A DNA stretch of 29,878 nucleotides from Candidatus Thorarchaeota archaeon (GTDB taxonomy: Archaea > Asgardarchaeota > Thorarchaeia > Thorarchaeales > Thorarchaeaceae). The translations under genes were made by a program, and so were the position numbers. The notes below the pieces were generated by a model, which was not told where the DNA came from, ran no database searches, and was given only the letters and a program-made list of their open reading frames with translations. Numbering within the stretch: position 1 is the first letter of the stretch; each line of letters starts with the position of its first letter. The stretch is taken from contig RDNZ01000034.1 in assembly GCA_011364905.1 (NCBI GenBank), positions 1-29,878 of the forward strand, in the 5' to 3' direction. Positions 17,448 through 27,170 of this stretch are shown piece by piece.

Positions 17448-18092
17448 ATGGAGCAAAAGTCAATGGACCTCACAAAAGTCACAAACATGATAATCGATCT
17501 TGACATCGACAACGTAGCCAACATGGTGCAACAACAGATTGATGCAGGGGCTGATGCGCAGGATCTATTGAAAGCGCTTACAGATGGTATGGAAGAAGTG
17601 GGCCGGAGGTATGAGAACGATGAGTACTTTCTTGCTGAGCTTGTCTTGGCTGGAGATACGATGAAGACCGCCTTTGAAGTCCTCAAACCTCACCTGAAGT
17701 CTAGTGAAACAGGCAATGAAACGACCATCGTGGCTGCAACCGTAAAGGGTGACAATCATGATATTGGGAAGAACATCCTCCTCTCAATGCTGGTGTCTGC
17801 TGGGTTCGAGGTTGTAGACCTGGGCACTGACTGTCCCGCTGAAAAGATCGTCGAAGCAGTGAGGACAACTGGAGCCAAGATTGTAGCACTAAGCGCCTTG
17901 CTCACCACAACGATGAAGGAGATAGCGACTGTCAATGAAGCACTCAAAGAAGCTGGTCTCCGCGATAGTGTGAAACTAATTGTCGGAGGTGCTCCTTTGA
18001 CGATGAATGTGGCAAAGGAGCTTGGTGCCGATGATTATGGCCCGGATGCCATCGATGGGGTAAAACGCATCAAGGCTCTCCTGGAGAGCTGA
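17448..18092 (+). CDS. Corrinoid (B12-binding) protein, MtaC/MttC-like
   Basis: Cap domain GMEEVGRRYE...YFLAEL; DxHxxG motif GDNHDIGKN; SALLTTT; VGGAP. Confidence 0.93.
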   Translation: MEQKSMDLTKVTNMIIDLDIDNVANMVQQQIDAGADAQDLLKALTDGMEEVGRRYENDEYFLAELVLAGDTMKTAFEVLKPHLKSSETGNETTIVAATVKGDNHDIGKNILLSMLVSAGFEVVDLGTDCPAEKIVEAVRTTGAKIVALSALLTTTMKEIATVNEALKEAGLRDSVKLIVGGAPLTMNVAKELGADDYGPDAIDGVKRIKALLES

Positions 18093-18293
18093 ACTCATTC
18101 AACTAGCTATGCTATTGAACCAGTGTGCCATGTTTTACTGGTGTCAAAGAGAGTTGCTTCCTTGTCGATGATGATTCATCCGTTCCCCCTATTCCTTTCT
18201 ACTTTCATGAGTCCAAATACACAATCTCTAAGTTCTTCTGATACTCAGTAATGATCACTGAGCGTAGCCAATCGTCCAATGAGGTGAGCACCT

Positions 18294-18530
18294 ATGGAAA
18301 AGGATGAGTCTGACCTTGAAACTGCCTTCAAGGTTGTGGCAATTATGCAAGCAATCACAGAAGACCTTGACGAGAAAGGACGGAGGATGTGGCGAAAGAT
18401 GCTTGGTCAAGAGAAGACTGACCTGGGAGAATTGAGGACAGACAAGAAGCGGGCTGTCGCCTCCAAATCTGAACAGAGCAAGAAACCAGACCCTGCCCCC
18501 GCTCAGGAATTGGAACGAACAGGTATTTGA
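18294..18530 (+). CDS. Small hypothetical protein
   Basis: 78-aa ORF preceded by a GAGGTGA Shine-Dalgarno sequence. Confidence 0.55.
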   Translation: MEKDESDLETAFKVVAIMQAITEDLDEKGRRMWRKMLGQEKTDLGELRTDKKRAVASKSEQSKKPDPAPAQELERTGI

Positions 18531-18555
18531 GTCAGTTTTGTTTTGGTACCACATT

Positions 18556-19212
18556 ATGCATAAGAAGGGCGCCATGCTTGTACTAATAGTCCTCGTCATC
18601 GCTGCGTTTGGCCTTTATCTCCACTTCAGGAATGACTCCAATGAGCCGAACGGGGAAGATGGCTTATTCGATAACGGTGGCAGGTATGACTCGTCGAAGC
18701 TGGACTACATGGGCGTGATATACACAAACCGGTCTGACATTCTCAATTGGAATGGAGGGTATAGTGAGAGTGACGCCTGTCCCTGGGGCAGAGTGCATAA
18801 TGGATTGGACTTCGCCTTCAGGAATGGTTCACTAGTGATATTCGCTGCACCGGGGCATGTGGAGGAGATCTCCGTTTTCGACACCGGACCAGCAGACAAT
18901 ATCTACAGTATCCACGTGTCAGTCCGGTTCAATGAGACCATTCAGATCAACTATGTTTTTGAGCCTTGGACTACAAACTCATCCGATGTGGGCCGTCAGA
19001 TATCTATGCTGGAAATAGAACTGGGCGATTGGGTGGCCAAGGGGGATACACTGGGCCAGTTCTTGGTCGTGGGTAGCGCCGCCCACATCCACTTTGCTGT
19101 GTACAATGGGGATGCAACCTGTCCCCGACCCTTCTTCTCTGATGATGCATATACCGAGATGATGACACTTGTTCACACGTACCAACCAGGTTGGGAGCTG
19201 TGCTACCCTTAG
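18556..19212 (+). CDS. Membrane-anchored M23-family metallopeptidase-like protein
   Basis: N-terminal TM; HNGLDF (HxxxD), AAPGHV, GDWVAKGDTLG, HIHF (HxH). Confidence 0.8.
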   Translation: MHKKGAMLVLIVLVIAAFGLYLHFRNDSNEPNGEDGLFDNGGRYDSSKLDYMGVIYTNRSDILNWNGGYSESDACPWGRVHNGLDFAFRNGSLVIFAAPGHVEEISVFDTGPADNIYSIHVSVRFNETIQINYVFEPWTTNSSDVGRQISMLEIELGDWVAKGDTLGQFLVVGSAAHIHFAVYNGDATCPRPFFSDDAYTEMMTLVHTYQPGWELCYP

Positions 19213-19266
19213 ACGGTATCAGCTGCGTGGCGTGTAGCAGGTCAGAATCCATGTAGGACTTCTCAA

Positions 19267-19734
19267 TCATCTGTTGTATTGACCAATCCAAAACTCGATT
19301 ACATGACCCAGCGAATCATCATAGAGGACTTTCGAACGGTCTGTGGTAAATGCTATTGGTCCAATTGTTCTGTTGAGCCCTGAACAGAAGTATTCTATTG
19401 TCCAGTTCTCGGGATATGTGAAATTCCAACTCGTGCGAACATATGTTAAATTGGACATTGGATAAGGCGCGATAGGTGTTAGATTTTCTTGATAGCCACT
19501 TTCGTTGAAAACGATAAGCCACCCTGAATGCCATAAGGGGTCTTCACTCTTAAACGCAAAAGTTGCGGTGTAGATTGGTCCCCGAATACTGAGCCAAGAA
19601 TAAGTCACTGGGGCCATCAGAAGTAGTGTGACAATAGACAGAATCAAAACAACATTTCTCTCTCTTTTCTTTGCTGCTATGCTCTCCGAACTACCTTTCT
19701 GAGCAGCACTCCCATTTCTTTGTTCACGAAACAC
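19267..19734 (-). CDS. Single-TM exported hypothetical protein
   Basis: One TM followed by a domain rich in N-x-S/T sequons. Confidence 0.6.
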   Translation of the reverse strand: MFREQRNGSAAQKGSSESIAAKKRERNVVLILSIVTLLLMAPVTYSWLSIRGPIYTATFAFKSEDPLWHSGWLIVFNESGYQENLTPIAPYPMSNLTYVRTSWNFTYPENWTIEYFCSGLNRTIGPIAFTTDRSKVLYDDSLGHVIEFWIGQYNR

Positions 19735-19866
19735 TCGATTCCCTCGACGACGTAACTCAATAGCAGAATATAGGACTTTACATCCGGATAGAATTGTACT
19801 ACTGCTGTTTCAGTTGATATTGAGGGCCTAGCAGTACGTTGAGTTCGACTCGATTCGTTTATTTTA

Positions 19867-20580
19867 TTGAAAAGAGAACAAGCATTGACTCTTCTGAGGA
19901 GCTTTGATGCGATGCAAACATACATAGTCCTGCCATATGAGAAGCACCGTCAGATTCCTGACGAGTTTCACGATGATGACAATAGAACCCCAGAATCACT
20001 TGTGGAGTTCTTCATCAGTCAGTTCACGCAACCCGGTGACATAGTCTTTGATCCCTTCGCTGGGTTGGGGACTACGCTCCTCGTTGCTGAGGAGATGAGT
20101 CGGGTTCCATTTGGAATCGAGGCTGATGAACAACGGTATGAGTACGTCCGCTCCCAGCTCACTATGAAGGACAACATTATCCTGGGAGACTCCAGAAACC
20201 TAGACAAGTTCAATCTCCCCCGCATAGACTTTGTCTTCACATCGCCCATCTTCATGAGGTGCGATGAGACTGAGAATCCTCTCTCGGGATTCAGAGAGCC
20301 TGGGACATATCAGGACTATCTTGACCAGCTTCAGGATATATTTCGAAAGCTTCGAGGATCTCTGAAGCCTGGAGCCAAAGTGATTGTTGAGGCTTTCAAT
20401 TTGGGGGCCACTAGTAAAAGACCCATGACTCTTCTGGCTTGGGACGTTGCCCGTGCACTGTCTGGTGCTCTCAAATTTGAGAAAGAGATTATCGCATGTT
20501 GGGAAGGGACTGGCCGTACCGACACTCAACATATCTATGGCTACAATCACAGCTACTGCCTGATGTTTGATTCGAAGTGA
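19867..20580 (+). CDS. Amino (N4/N6) methyltransferase-like protein (DNA methylase/TRM11-like), orphan
   Basis: VFDPFAGLGTTL motif I, GDSR, FVFTSPIF at the motif IV position; start may be ATG 19912. Confidence 0.8.
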   Translation: MKREQALTLLRSFDAMQTYIVLPYEKHRQIPDEFHDDDNRTPESLVEFFISQFTQPGDIVFDPFAGLGTTLLVAEEMSRVPFGIEADEQRYEYVRSQLTMKDNIILGDSRNLDKFNLPRIDFVFTSPIFMRCDETENPLSGFREPGTYQDYLDQLQDIFRKLRGSLKPGAKVIVEAFNLGATSKRPMTLLAWDVARALSGALKFEKEIIACWEGTGRTDTQHIYGYNHSYCLMFDSK

Positions 20581-20703
20581 TGATAGGATCTAGGCTCTAT
20601 TTTATAGATGGAATCGAGTAGATTTGACTGACCAACGAGCACCTAAATAGACTCTATTCTAGCGAAGGTTTTTCTCTCTAGACGATATACTTGACATGAG
20701 AAA

Positions 20704-21069
20704 TTGTTGGAGGTGTTCAGTTTAGGAACACATTCCGAGGAGAATGACACGCGACTTCATTGCCGGTGGTGCGGACGACCCTTTACACCACACATTTGGG
20801 TTCCAATAGACCCGCTCTTATACTGCTCCTCTCGATGTGCCTTTGCAGGCTCCTTTTACACATTGACTTCCACTGCAATCCTCCTGACAGGAGCACCCCT
20901 CTACATCATCGTTTACAGGCCCGGACTGATTCCGTCTCCCAATGGCGGTCTTGTATTACTTCTTTGTTGGGGAGTTGCTTTTGTCACATGGTATCTGGCC
21001 TTTCTTGGATACAGAGAAAGGACCTCAAATGAAAGACGGCAAGCGGCCATTCACAATGATGAACCATGA
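20704..21069 (+). CDS. Small membrane protein with N-terminal Cys4 zinc finger
   Basis: CRWCGRPF...YCSSRC followed by two TM helices. Confidence 0.6.
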   Translation: MLEVFSLGTHSEENDTRLHCRWCGRPFTPHIWVPIDPLLYCSSRCAFAGSFYTLTSTAILLTGAPLYIIVYRPGLIPSPNGGLVLLLCWGVAFVTWYLAFLGYRERTSNERRQAAIHNDEP

Positions 21070-21174
21070 TATATCTGCATGGCAGAGGGGGAGTTGGGAT
21101 CTAGTATCTTTCACTAGTTGCGTAGTGTGAATGTTTTATATAGGACGTCCTATATATTGGATGCCCAATAGGTC

Positions 21175-21750
21175 TTGGTTTATGTGAAGGAAAAACAACT
21201 TGAGAACTTCTTCGATGTTGTCACGAAACGAAGGAGTATCAGGAAGTACAAAGACATAGAGATTCCAGACGAACATATTCAGACTATGCTTGAGGCGGCG
21301 CAACTTGCACCATCGACCAACAATTCGCAGCCATGGCGTTATGTTGTGGTGAAGGAGCCTGAAACAATAAAGTTGCTCTCACTTGTCGCAGGTAGACAGA
21401 AGTTTATTGCAAATGCAAAAGCTATCATCATTGCCGTAGCTAATCGAGCTGCCTCTTGCTGCCCTGGTAATCCGTCAATGTGGTATGTACAGGACACAAT
21501 GATTGCGACCGAGCATCTCGTCCTAGCAGCAACAGCACTGGGTTATGGCTCATGCTGGGTGGCGATGTTGGACTCGAGAAACAGTCAGAACATCGTTGCA
21601 GTAAAAGAGGCTCTTCGAATACCAGAAGGTGCTGATATTGTTGCGCTAGTGACACTCGGTGTTCCCGATGAAGTTCCATCTCCTAGGTCCACATTGGAAC
21701 TCAACGAGATCGGATTCTCTGAGGCATATGGTTTCAGCTGGAGCGCATAG
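21175..21750 (+). CDS. Nitroreductase family protein
   Basis: RRSIRKY, APSTNNSQPWRYVVV, LAATALGYGSCW. Confidence 0.93.
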   Translation: MVYVKEKQLENFFDVVTKRRSIRKYKDIEIPDEHIQTMLEAAQLAPSTNNSQPWRYVVVKEPETIKLLSLVAGRQKFIANAKAIIIAVANRAASCCPGNPSMWYVQDTMIATEHLVLAATALGYGSCWVAMLDSRNSQNIVAVKEALRIPEGADIVALVTLGVPDEVPSPRSTLELNEIGFSEAYGFSWSA

Positions 21751-21756
21751 ATACTC

Positions 21757-22311
21757 ATGTCGAGCGTACAGAGGCACTGGGTGATGAAGGAAGAAGTACG
21801 AGGGAACATTCTCAATCCCTTACCGGTCGCGTTAGTAGGCGCGCTTGTTGATGGTAAGCCCAACTACCTTGTGATTGGTTACATCTCACCATTTAATTTT
21901 GGTAAACATGTCTTCTTCAGTCTGTTCAAAAAGCGTTACACAAGAACCGGTATCCTCGAGAACACGACTTTCAGTGTAAATATCCCTTCAATTTCCCTCC
22001 TTGAGGAAACACAGCTTTGCGGAAGTAAGTCTGGTCGCGACTATGACAAGTCATCTCTCTTTGAAACATTCTTTGGAGAACTGAAAACAGCTCCGATGAT
22101 CAGAGAATGCCCTTTGAATATGGAATGCCAGGTTGAACAGATTCTCGACTACGACCTCAATGAAGGAATCATAGGAAAGGTAGTCCAATCCTATGCTGAT
22201 TCAAACATCTTGGTCGATGGCGACCTAGATATCAGAGAAGTCCATCCCATTATATGGGCTACTTGCGGCGATTTCAACTATTACAGTATTGGAACCAGAA
22301 TTGATGCCTAA
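21757..22311 (+). CDS. Flavin reductase-like (flavoredoxin) protein
   Basis: PLPVALVGA.VDGKPN, FSVNIP, CGSKSGR, APMIRECPLNMEC. Confidence 0.9.
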   Translation: MSSVQRHWVMKEEVRGNILNPLPVALVGALVDGKPNYLVIGYISPFNFGKHVFFSLFKKRYTRTGILENTTFSVNIPSISLLEETQLCGSKSGRDYDKSSLFETFFGELKTAPMIRECPLNMECQVEQILDYDLNEGIIGKVVQSYADSNILVDGDLDIREVHPIIWATCGDFNYYSIGTRIDA

Positions 22312-22327
22312 ATCCTACAAAGACTGG

Positions 22328-22774
22328 TCACAGATTGGCCGTCGCCACTGACTCTTTAAGTGCTGACAAAAGTCTTAGAGAAAGCAAGAGGCCTACTAGT
22401 GAGAATATCAGTCCTAGTGATGCAGCAATATATCGAAGGGGCGAGTCAATCAGTCCAATTACAACTGCATAGATAGATGGTGCAGTGGCTATCAAAAACA
22501 TGAGCACAGCTGGTCCGATGATATCGAACGATACAGATCTCCTTCTAAAGGCCAAATAGGTGACATAGACGATTAAAAGTTCAATGGGCATCATAAGAAC
22601 CAAGACCCTTGAAATCATGGTCGTGCCTGCACTGGGCGGGTACTCTGACCCTGGCAATATTAGACTGACAAATGACAGGGTTATGGCATAGACAACGAAC
22701 AGTGCTAGAAGACGCTTGGCGTTTCCAAAACTTGAATCAATATATGATTCTGTAGACTCCATCCTCATCATCAT
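22328..22774 (-). CDS. Four-TM membrane protein
   Basis: 148 aa, four hydrophobic segments. Confidence 0.65.
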   Translation of the reverse strand: MMMRMESTESYIDSSFGNAKRLLALFVVYAITLSFVSLILPGSEYPPSAGTTMISRVLVLMMPIELLIVYVTYLAFRRRSVSFDIIGPAVLMFLIATAPSIYAVVIGLIDSPLRYIAASLGLIFSLVGLLLSLRLLSALKESVATANL

Positions 22775-22845
22775 ATCGAGTTTTGTTTCTCTTGGTTTAA
22801 GGGTTTGCTTAATTTGGGCTGGCCAGATTGTTCTTAGTGTGAAGT

Positions 22846-22869
22846 TGGAGGGTTGGCCTGGGCTCGAAC
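22846..22869 (-). repeat. Possible heavily eroded tRNA 3'-end repeat
   Basis: tggagggttggcctgggctcgaac: 15/24 ungapped match to the tRNA-Ala 3' end with exact TGG...TCGAAC spacing; intergenic. Confidence 0.4.
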
Positions 22870-22934
22870 TCTGAACTCAAGATCAGAACTCAATCTCTTG
22901 ACACGATGCGTTGCATCGCACATCGAAACGCTTA

Positions 22935-23099
22935 CTACTTCTTTAGTTTCAGGTCTTTGCCACAGCAGCTGAACGAACAGCTACAGCTACCTTCGTCACT
23001 GCAACACTGTGTGCACTCAGATAAAATCTGGATTTCAAGTCCACAATCTTCACAGTAGTAGACTTCGTCTTTTTTCATATCATGACAATGTAGTCCCAC
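22935..23099 (-). CDS. 54-aa Cys-rich desulforedoxin/metallothionein-like protein; not in the ORF track
   Basis: GGAG SD then GTG: MGLHCHDMKKDEVYYCEDCGLEIQILSECTQCCSDEGSCSCSFSCCGKDLKLKK, 10 Cys. Confidence 0.85.
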   Translation of the reverse strand: MGLHCHDMKKDEVYYCEDCGLEIQILSECTQCCSDEGSCSCSFSCCGKDLKLKK

Positions 23100-23197
23100 G
23101 TTGGTAATCTCCTTCTATTAAACGGCTCAGTGAAATATATCAACTCATCGGCCTCTACATTGTTATCTACTTAGGAGTTTAGAGTTTCTCTCAAGAC

Positions 23198-23917
23198 TCA
23201 TTCAAAATCAGTGTCGAATGATTGGTCACCAGACCCATACGTAGCTATTTCCTGAGCAAGGGCGTTAACAATTCGATTCAATTGTTCAGGTGTGTATTTC
23301 TTACTGACTGTAACTATCTTTGTTTCCTCCAAAAGAAGAAAATAGAGGACTCCTCTTCCTGTGTAGTATGTATCCTTATCAACTGGAATTGTGAATTCAT
23401 CTTCTCTTCTTGCAACCTTAATGTCGCCAACAGGATGTGTGTATTCCCATCTCCATATCGCTCTGGGGAGTTGGACTTTTTTGTCAAAAGATCTCTCAGA
23501 TTGGAAAAACGCAACAAAAAGGAGTGCATTGGATCCCCATTGAATGATGATGTACACCGGATCCTTGTTCAGAACCGCTAGTTTCCCCTCAACAAATGGC
23601 TCTGGGGGAGCGATTTGATTTAGGACATCCATTCCACGAAACAGCATAGAGCTTCCTATTTTGTAGTACGTAACAATTACGAAACCGACAATTCCAATTC
23701 CGCTAAGTGCAATGAACAAGGTCGTGATAGCACTCACAGGTAGAGAATACTGTAAGAAGAACGTTGAGATTGGTAGAAGTGGAAGTGCAACACACATTAA
23801 GATGCCAATGATCAGTTTCCCTCTTATGGATGCTCGAACCTCCTCTTTCGCATCCGACTCCGAATTGCTTTGAAAATCTTCCACAGTAAATCCCAACTGA
23901 TATGGAAAACTAGTCAT
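23198..23917 (-). CDS. Hypothetical membrane protein (2 TM plus soluble domain)
   Basis: 239-aa ORF. Confidence 0.65.
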   Translation of the reverse strand: MTSFPYQLGFTVEDFQSNSESDAKEEVRASIRGKLIIGILMCVALPLLPISTFFLQYSLPVSAITTLFIALSGIGIVGFVIVTYYKIGSSMLFRGMDVLNQIAPPEPFVEGKLAVLNKDPVYIIIQWGSNALLFVAFFQSERSFDKKVQLPRAIWRWEYTHPVGDIKVARREDEFTIPVDKDTYYTGRGVLYFLLLEETKIVTVSKKYTPEQLNRIVNALAQEIATYGSGDQSFDTDFE

Positions 23918-24001
23918 GAGATGAGATAAGGTTTGGTGGAAAATCGTAAGCTAAGTGCTACTTGAGTTAAGCTATCACCATGCCTAACTGATGTCAACTA
24001 C

Positions 24002-25027
24002 TTAGACTGAAGTCAACAGGTCTGCCACATCAAATGAAAGAATCCACATCTTTCTATGAACCTTGAATCCCATTCGCTGATTGATTGAAAGCATAGGTGC
24101 ATTTGCATTAGCATTTCCAGCTTCTATTACCCGGGCTCTCGGATACTTCATCATTGCATAGGTCAACATCTCCGCCTTTAGCCACTTGCCCAATCCACGT
24201 CCTCTGTATTGGTCTCTGACCCCTGTCAGACCCTGTTCAATTAGATGCCACGCCTCTGGCTGATACCAAATCTCGGTCAATCCACTAATTACACCATCAG
24301 GTTCCTTGCTGATCATAGTACTCCAGACTTCCCCCTGTGATTGGAAGTATTTTTCCATCTTTCTTCGGCTTTCAGGTGTGACAATCATTTCTGGTGCTAC
24401 GTCCTCAAGAGGAGCTTGATTCCACATCTCTGTATACAACTTACAGTATTCCTCAAGTTCTTGATCGGGAACTGAACTGAAAATCTCAATCCTCACTCCA
24501 GAGGCCTTTTTCTGGCCCTCCTCTCGCCAACGAGCAACCATCTGCAAGTCTACCTCAGAGAGCACAAGTCGATTTATCACCCGACTACTGACAATTCCAC
24601 ATCCTAAGGACGCAAAGAATGAGTATTGATGTTCAGCTCTCGTTTCGACAACCAGCTTCTGCTTTCCAATCTGCTCTGCTTTTCTCGCCAAGTATCCCAG
24701 AAACTCAGTTTGGGTTTCTTTAGTAGTGAACTCCTCTTCCAGAATCAAGTCCGCATAAGCTGTTTCCTTTTCACCCTCATAATTCGGTGCGCTTTCCCTT
24801 GCCCACCATACCCCTCCCATTCCAACCACTTCCCCTGAGTCAGAATCTGCTCGCCACCATGATAATTCATAATCAGGGTGTGGGGATAACATATAGGACC
24901 GTCGTCGCTTGTGCGAAGGTGATGGATCATCTGGAGCGAGTTGAGAGTAAACTCTGTCCCGCGAGTCGAAGTATTTCTTCCAGTCTTCCTCGGTCAGTTC
25001 TGAAGGTTTGAACTCTACGAATTGCAT
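24002..25027 (-). CDS. Tandem-domain GNAT N-acetyltransferase
   Basis: TGVRDQYRGRGLGKWLK (acetyl-CoA motif A), NANANAPMLSINQRMGF; ATG at 25027 preferred. Confidence 0.9.
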   Translation of the reverse strand: MQFVEFKPSELTEEDWKKYFDSRDRVYSQLAPDDPSPSHKRRRSYMLSPHPDYELSWWRADSDSGEVVGMGGVWWARESAPNYEGEKETAYADLILEEEFTTKETQTEFLGYLARKAEQIGKQKLVVETRAEHQYSFFASLGCGIVSSRVINRLVLSEVDLQMVARWREEGQKKASGVRIEIFSSVPDQELEEYCKLYTEMWNQAPLEDVAPEMIVTPESRRKMEKYFQSQGEVWSTMISKEPDGVISGLTEIWYQPEAWHLIEQGLTGVRDQYRGRGLGKWLKAEMLTYAMMKYPRARVIEAGNANANAPMLSINQRMGFKVHRKMWILSFDVADLLTSV

Positions 25028-25133
25028 TCTGGGGAAGAATGGTCTAATGTCAATGGAAAAAAATACCGCTTTCAGCAAGATCTGTATCTATTGGCTCTCC
25101 TTTGGGTCCACTTTTCATGTCGCACGAGTTGAA

Positions 25134-25157
25134 TGGTGGACCGGGTGAAATTCAGAC
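25134..25157 (-). repeat. tRNA-Ala 3'-end repeat R6
   Basis: tggtggaccgggtgaaattcagac, 19/24 identical to 29663-29686. Confidence 0.85.
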
Positions 25158-25259
25158 TCGCAATGATTTCTAGCAGAGTGGCCCAAGAAACGTTTGAACG
25201 GATGATTATTAACCAACTTCTGAGATTGAACTCCGGTTGGTTAGGTACAAGGGGCTGTC

Positions 25260-26750
25260 TTGATGAAACGAAACGGACTGCTTGTAGTTACATCTGTTGT
25301 AATCTTGGGTTTGCTGGCTTCTATCTTGTATCTTGCTTCACAAGGATTCTGGAATGGGACAACCGATTCTTCACCTGATATTATCATTCACAATGGGGAA
25401 ATCATCACTATGGAGCAGTCGCCTGCACAAGTCGAAGCGCTAGCAATCAAAGGTGAGTATATTGTCGCTGTAGGCAATGAGAATGATGTCCTCGCATTGG
25501 CGGGACCAAATACTCAACTCATCAATCTTGAAGGAGGGGCACTTCTACCCGGTTTTATTGATGCTCATGCTCATCATATAGGTGACCGAAGTTATGTGAA
25601 CCAATCATCGTCAGAGGAAGTGATTGAATCAGTACTAAGCTCTGGGTGGACCAGTATTTCTGAACTTTTTGTGAATCCAGAACGCTTGGATGGGCTCATG
25701 TCTTTAGATCAACAGGACAAGCTTCGCGTTCGTGTAAACGCTTACCTCACATTGAGCTGGCAGTTTGATAGGTTCGGCGATTGGTATAAGGAATATCAAC
25801 CCAGGCATGAGTACAGTTCGAAGTTAAGGATTGGAGGAGTGAAGATCTTCATGGATAGCTGGTATACCGACTGGACTCACTACTTCAACCAAACCGAGCT
25901 GGATTCATTGGTGCAACAAGCTCATGAAGAGGGATTTCAGATAGCCATTCATAGTGTGACCGATAACGCAACAGATATTGTTCTAAACGCTCTGGAATCT
26001 GCATTGGACGGGCAATCGAACCAGCTTTATCGTCATCGAATCGAGCATCTTGTCCTCCTCAGAAACGACCAGATACAGAGGATTGCTGACCTAGGAATCA
26101 TAGCTTCTTTTCAACTGACATGGATTAACTCAGACTGGGAACAAGCAGTGTCATGGCCAGTCTTGCAGAACTACCCAGATCTCACAGGAAGATGGAGAGA
26201 TATTCTTGAAGCTGGCATACCCTCACAAGGAAGTACCGATTTTCCATGGCTTCTTGGAACAATAGAGAGATCAGCAATGTATGCAGTTTCTAGTGCTGTC
26301 ACAAGAGTAGGAGGAATGGGGCTTCCACCCACAGATTGGATGTTGAATCAGACTCTCAGTGTCGAACAGGCTTTGCGTCTGATTACAATTGACGCAGCCT
26401 ATGGCACTTTTCAAGAGGATGTAAAGGGGAGCATTAAGGTAGGAAAACTCGCTGACCTAGTCGTTCTTTCAGACAATCCACTCACAGTTCCAGAAAACAC
26501 TCTTGCAAACATAGAGGTACTGATGACGATGGTTGGAGGGGTTGTAGAGTACACAACTCCCGGCCAGCAGTTTTTATCTGCAGAGTTGTTGCTGGCTACT
26601 AATCAAAGAGTTGAATGCTTGAGTCAAATGCCCAAGATGGAAATGATAGATCCATCTAATCAAAAGAAAGGAGTGGTGGACCGGGCGAGATTAGATTCCT
26701 TAGACCATTTAGAAATGAAGTGCAATGAGCCCAACTTCAGTAACAGATAA
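25260..26750 (+). CDS. Amidohydrolase family 3 (YtcJ-like) with N-terminal membrane anchor; cassette gene
   Basis: PGFIDAHAH, GVKIFMD, QIAIHS, RHRIEH, GSTDFP, GSIKVGKLADLVVL; the C-terminal tail reads through repeat R5. Confidence 0.9.
   Translation: MMKRNGLLVVTSVVILGLLASILYLASQGFWNGTTDSSPDIIIHNGEIITMEQSPAQVEALAIKGEYIVAVGNENDVLALAGPNTQLINLEGGALLPGFIDAHAHHIGDRSYVNQSSSEEVIESVLSSGWTSISELFVNPERLDGLMSLDQQDKLRVRVNAYLTLSWQFDRFGDWYKEYQPRHEYSSKLRIGGVKIFMDSWYTDWTHYFNQTELDSLVQQAHEEGFQIAIHSVTDNATDIVLNALESALDGQSNQLYRHRIEHLVLLRNDQIQRIADLGIIASFQLTWINSDWEQAVSWPVLQNYPDLTGRWRDILEAGIPSQGSTDFPWLLGTIERSAMYAVSSAVTRVGGMGLPPTDWMLNQTLSVEQALRLITIDAAYGTFQEDVKGSIKVGKLADLVVLSDNPLTVPENTLANIEVLMTMVGGVVEYTTPGQQFLSAELLLATNQRVECLSQMPKMEMIDPSNQKKGVVDRARLDSLDHLEMKCNEPNFSNR
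26674..26697 (-). repeat. tRNA-Ala 3'-end repeat R5
   Basis: tggtggaccgggcgagattagatt, 20/24. Confidence 0.9.
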
Positions 26751-27104
26751 TCCAATCACAAAACTGACGTGGATTGATAGGACTAAGTTCTCGACCAGCC
26801 TTGGAGGTGATACGAGCGCCAATTCAAGTAGAATGGCCATAATCATTACTATGAGAGGTCTAAACAAAGGATCTACTTTTCCTTCATAAAGTCGCACAGC
26901 ATAATAGAATTCCAGAACTGCAACCGAGATTCCAAAACCAATTGCTCCAAACGGTCCTGCCATGGTAATATCAGGACCATGATCAACTACCCAACTAGTA
27001 TGCAAGTATTTGAAATGCATCACTAATGGAATTGGAGTTATCAATATGCCTCTGGCACAGTGGATAAGTGGCAGCAATCTGGACTCAGCGTCGGTTTGAG
27101 TCAC
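26709..27104 (-). CDS. Small four-TM membrane protein, H-x-A-R family paralog A; cassette gene
   Basis: IHCAR, AGPFG, IHVSFVIGLS.TE; similar to 27830..28225. Confidence 0.75.
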   Translation of the reverse strand: MTQTDAESRLLPLIHCARGILITPIPLVMHFKYLHTSWVVDHGPDITMAGPFGAIGFGISVAVLEFYYAVRLYEGKVDPLFRPLIVMIMAILLELALVSPPRLVENLVLSIHVSFVIGLSVTEVGLIALHF

Positions 27105-27170
27105 TACTGAACCTCATAAATTCGATAATGAAATTCATAGGGGCCAATCAATCTATATCTTTTGGAAAAA

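Noticed and set aside
20606-20629. Possible further tRNA-end remnant (atggaatcgagtagatttgact)
   Set aside because: Only about 12/24 ungapped identity; not distinguishable from chance by eye
1426-24930. Numerous short overlapping or antisense ORFs in the track (e.g. 2402..2746, 13729..14100, 17351..17686, 20200..20550)
   Set aside because: They overlap better-supported genes and have no motifs
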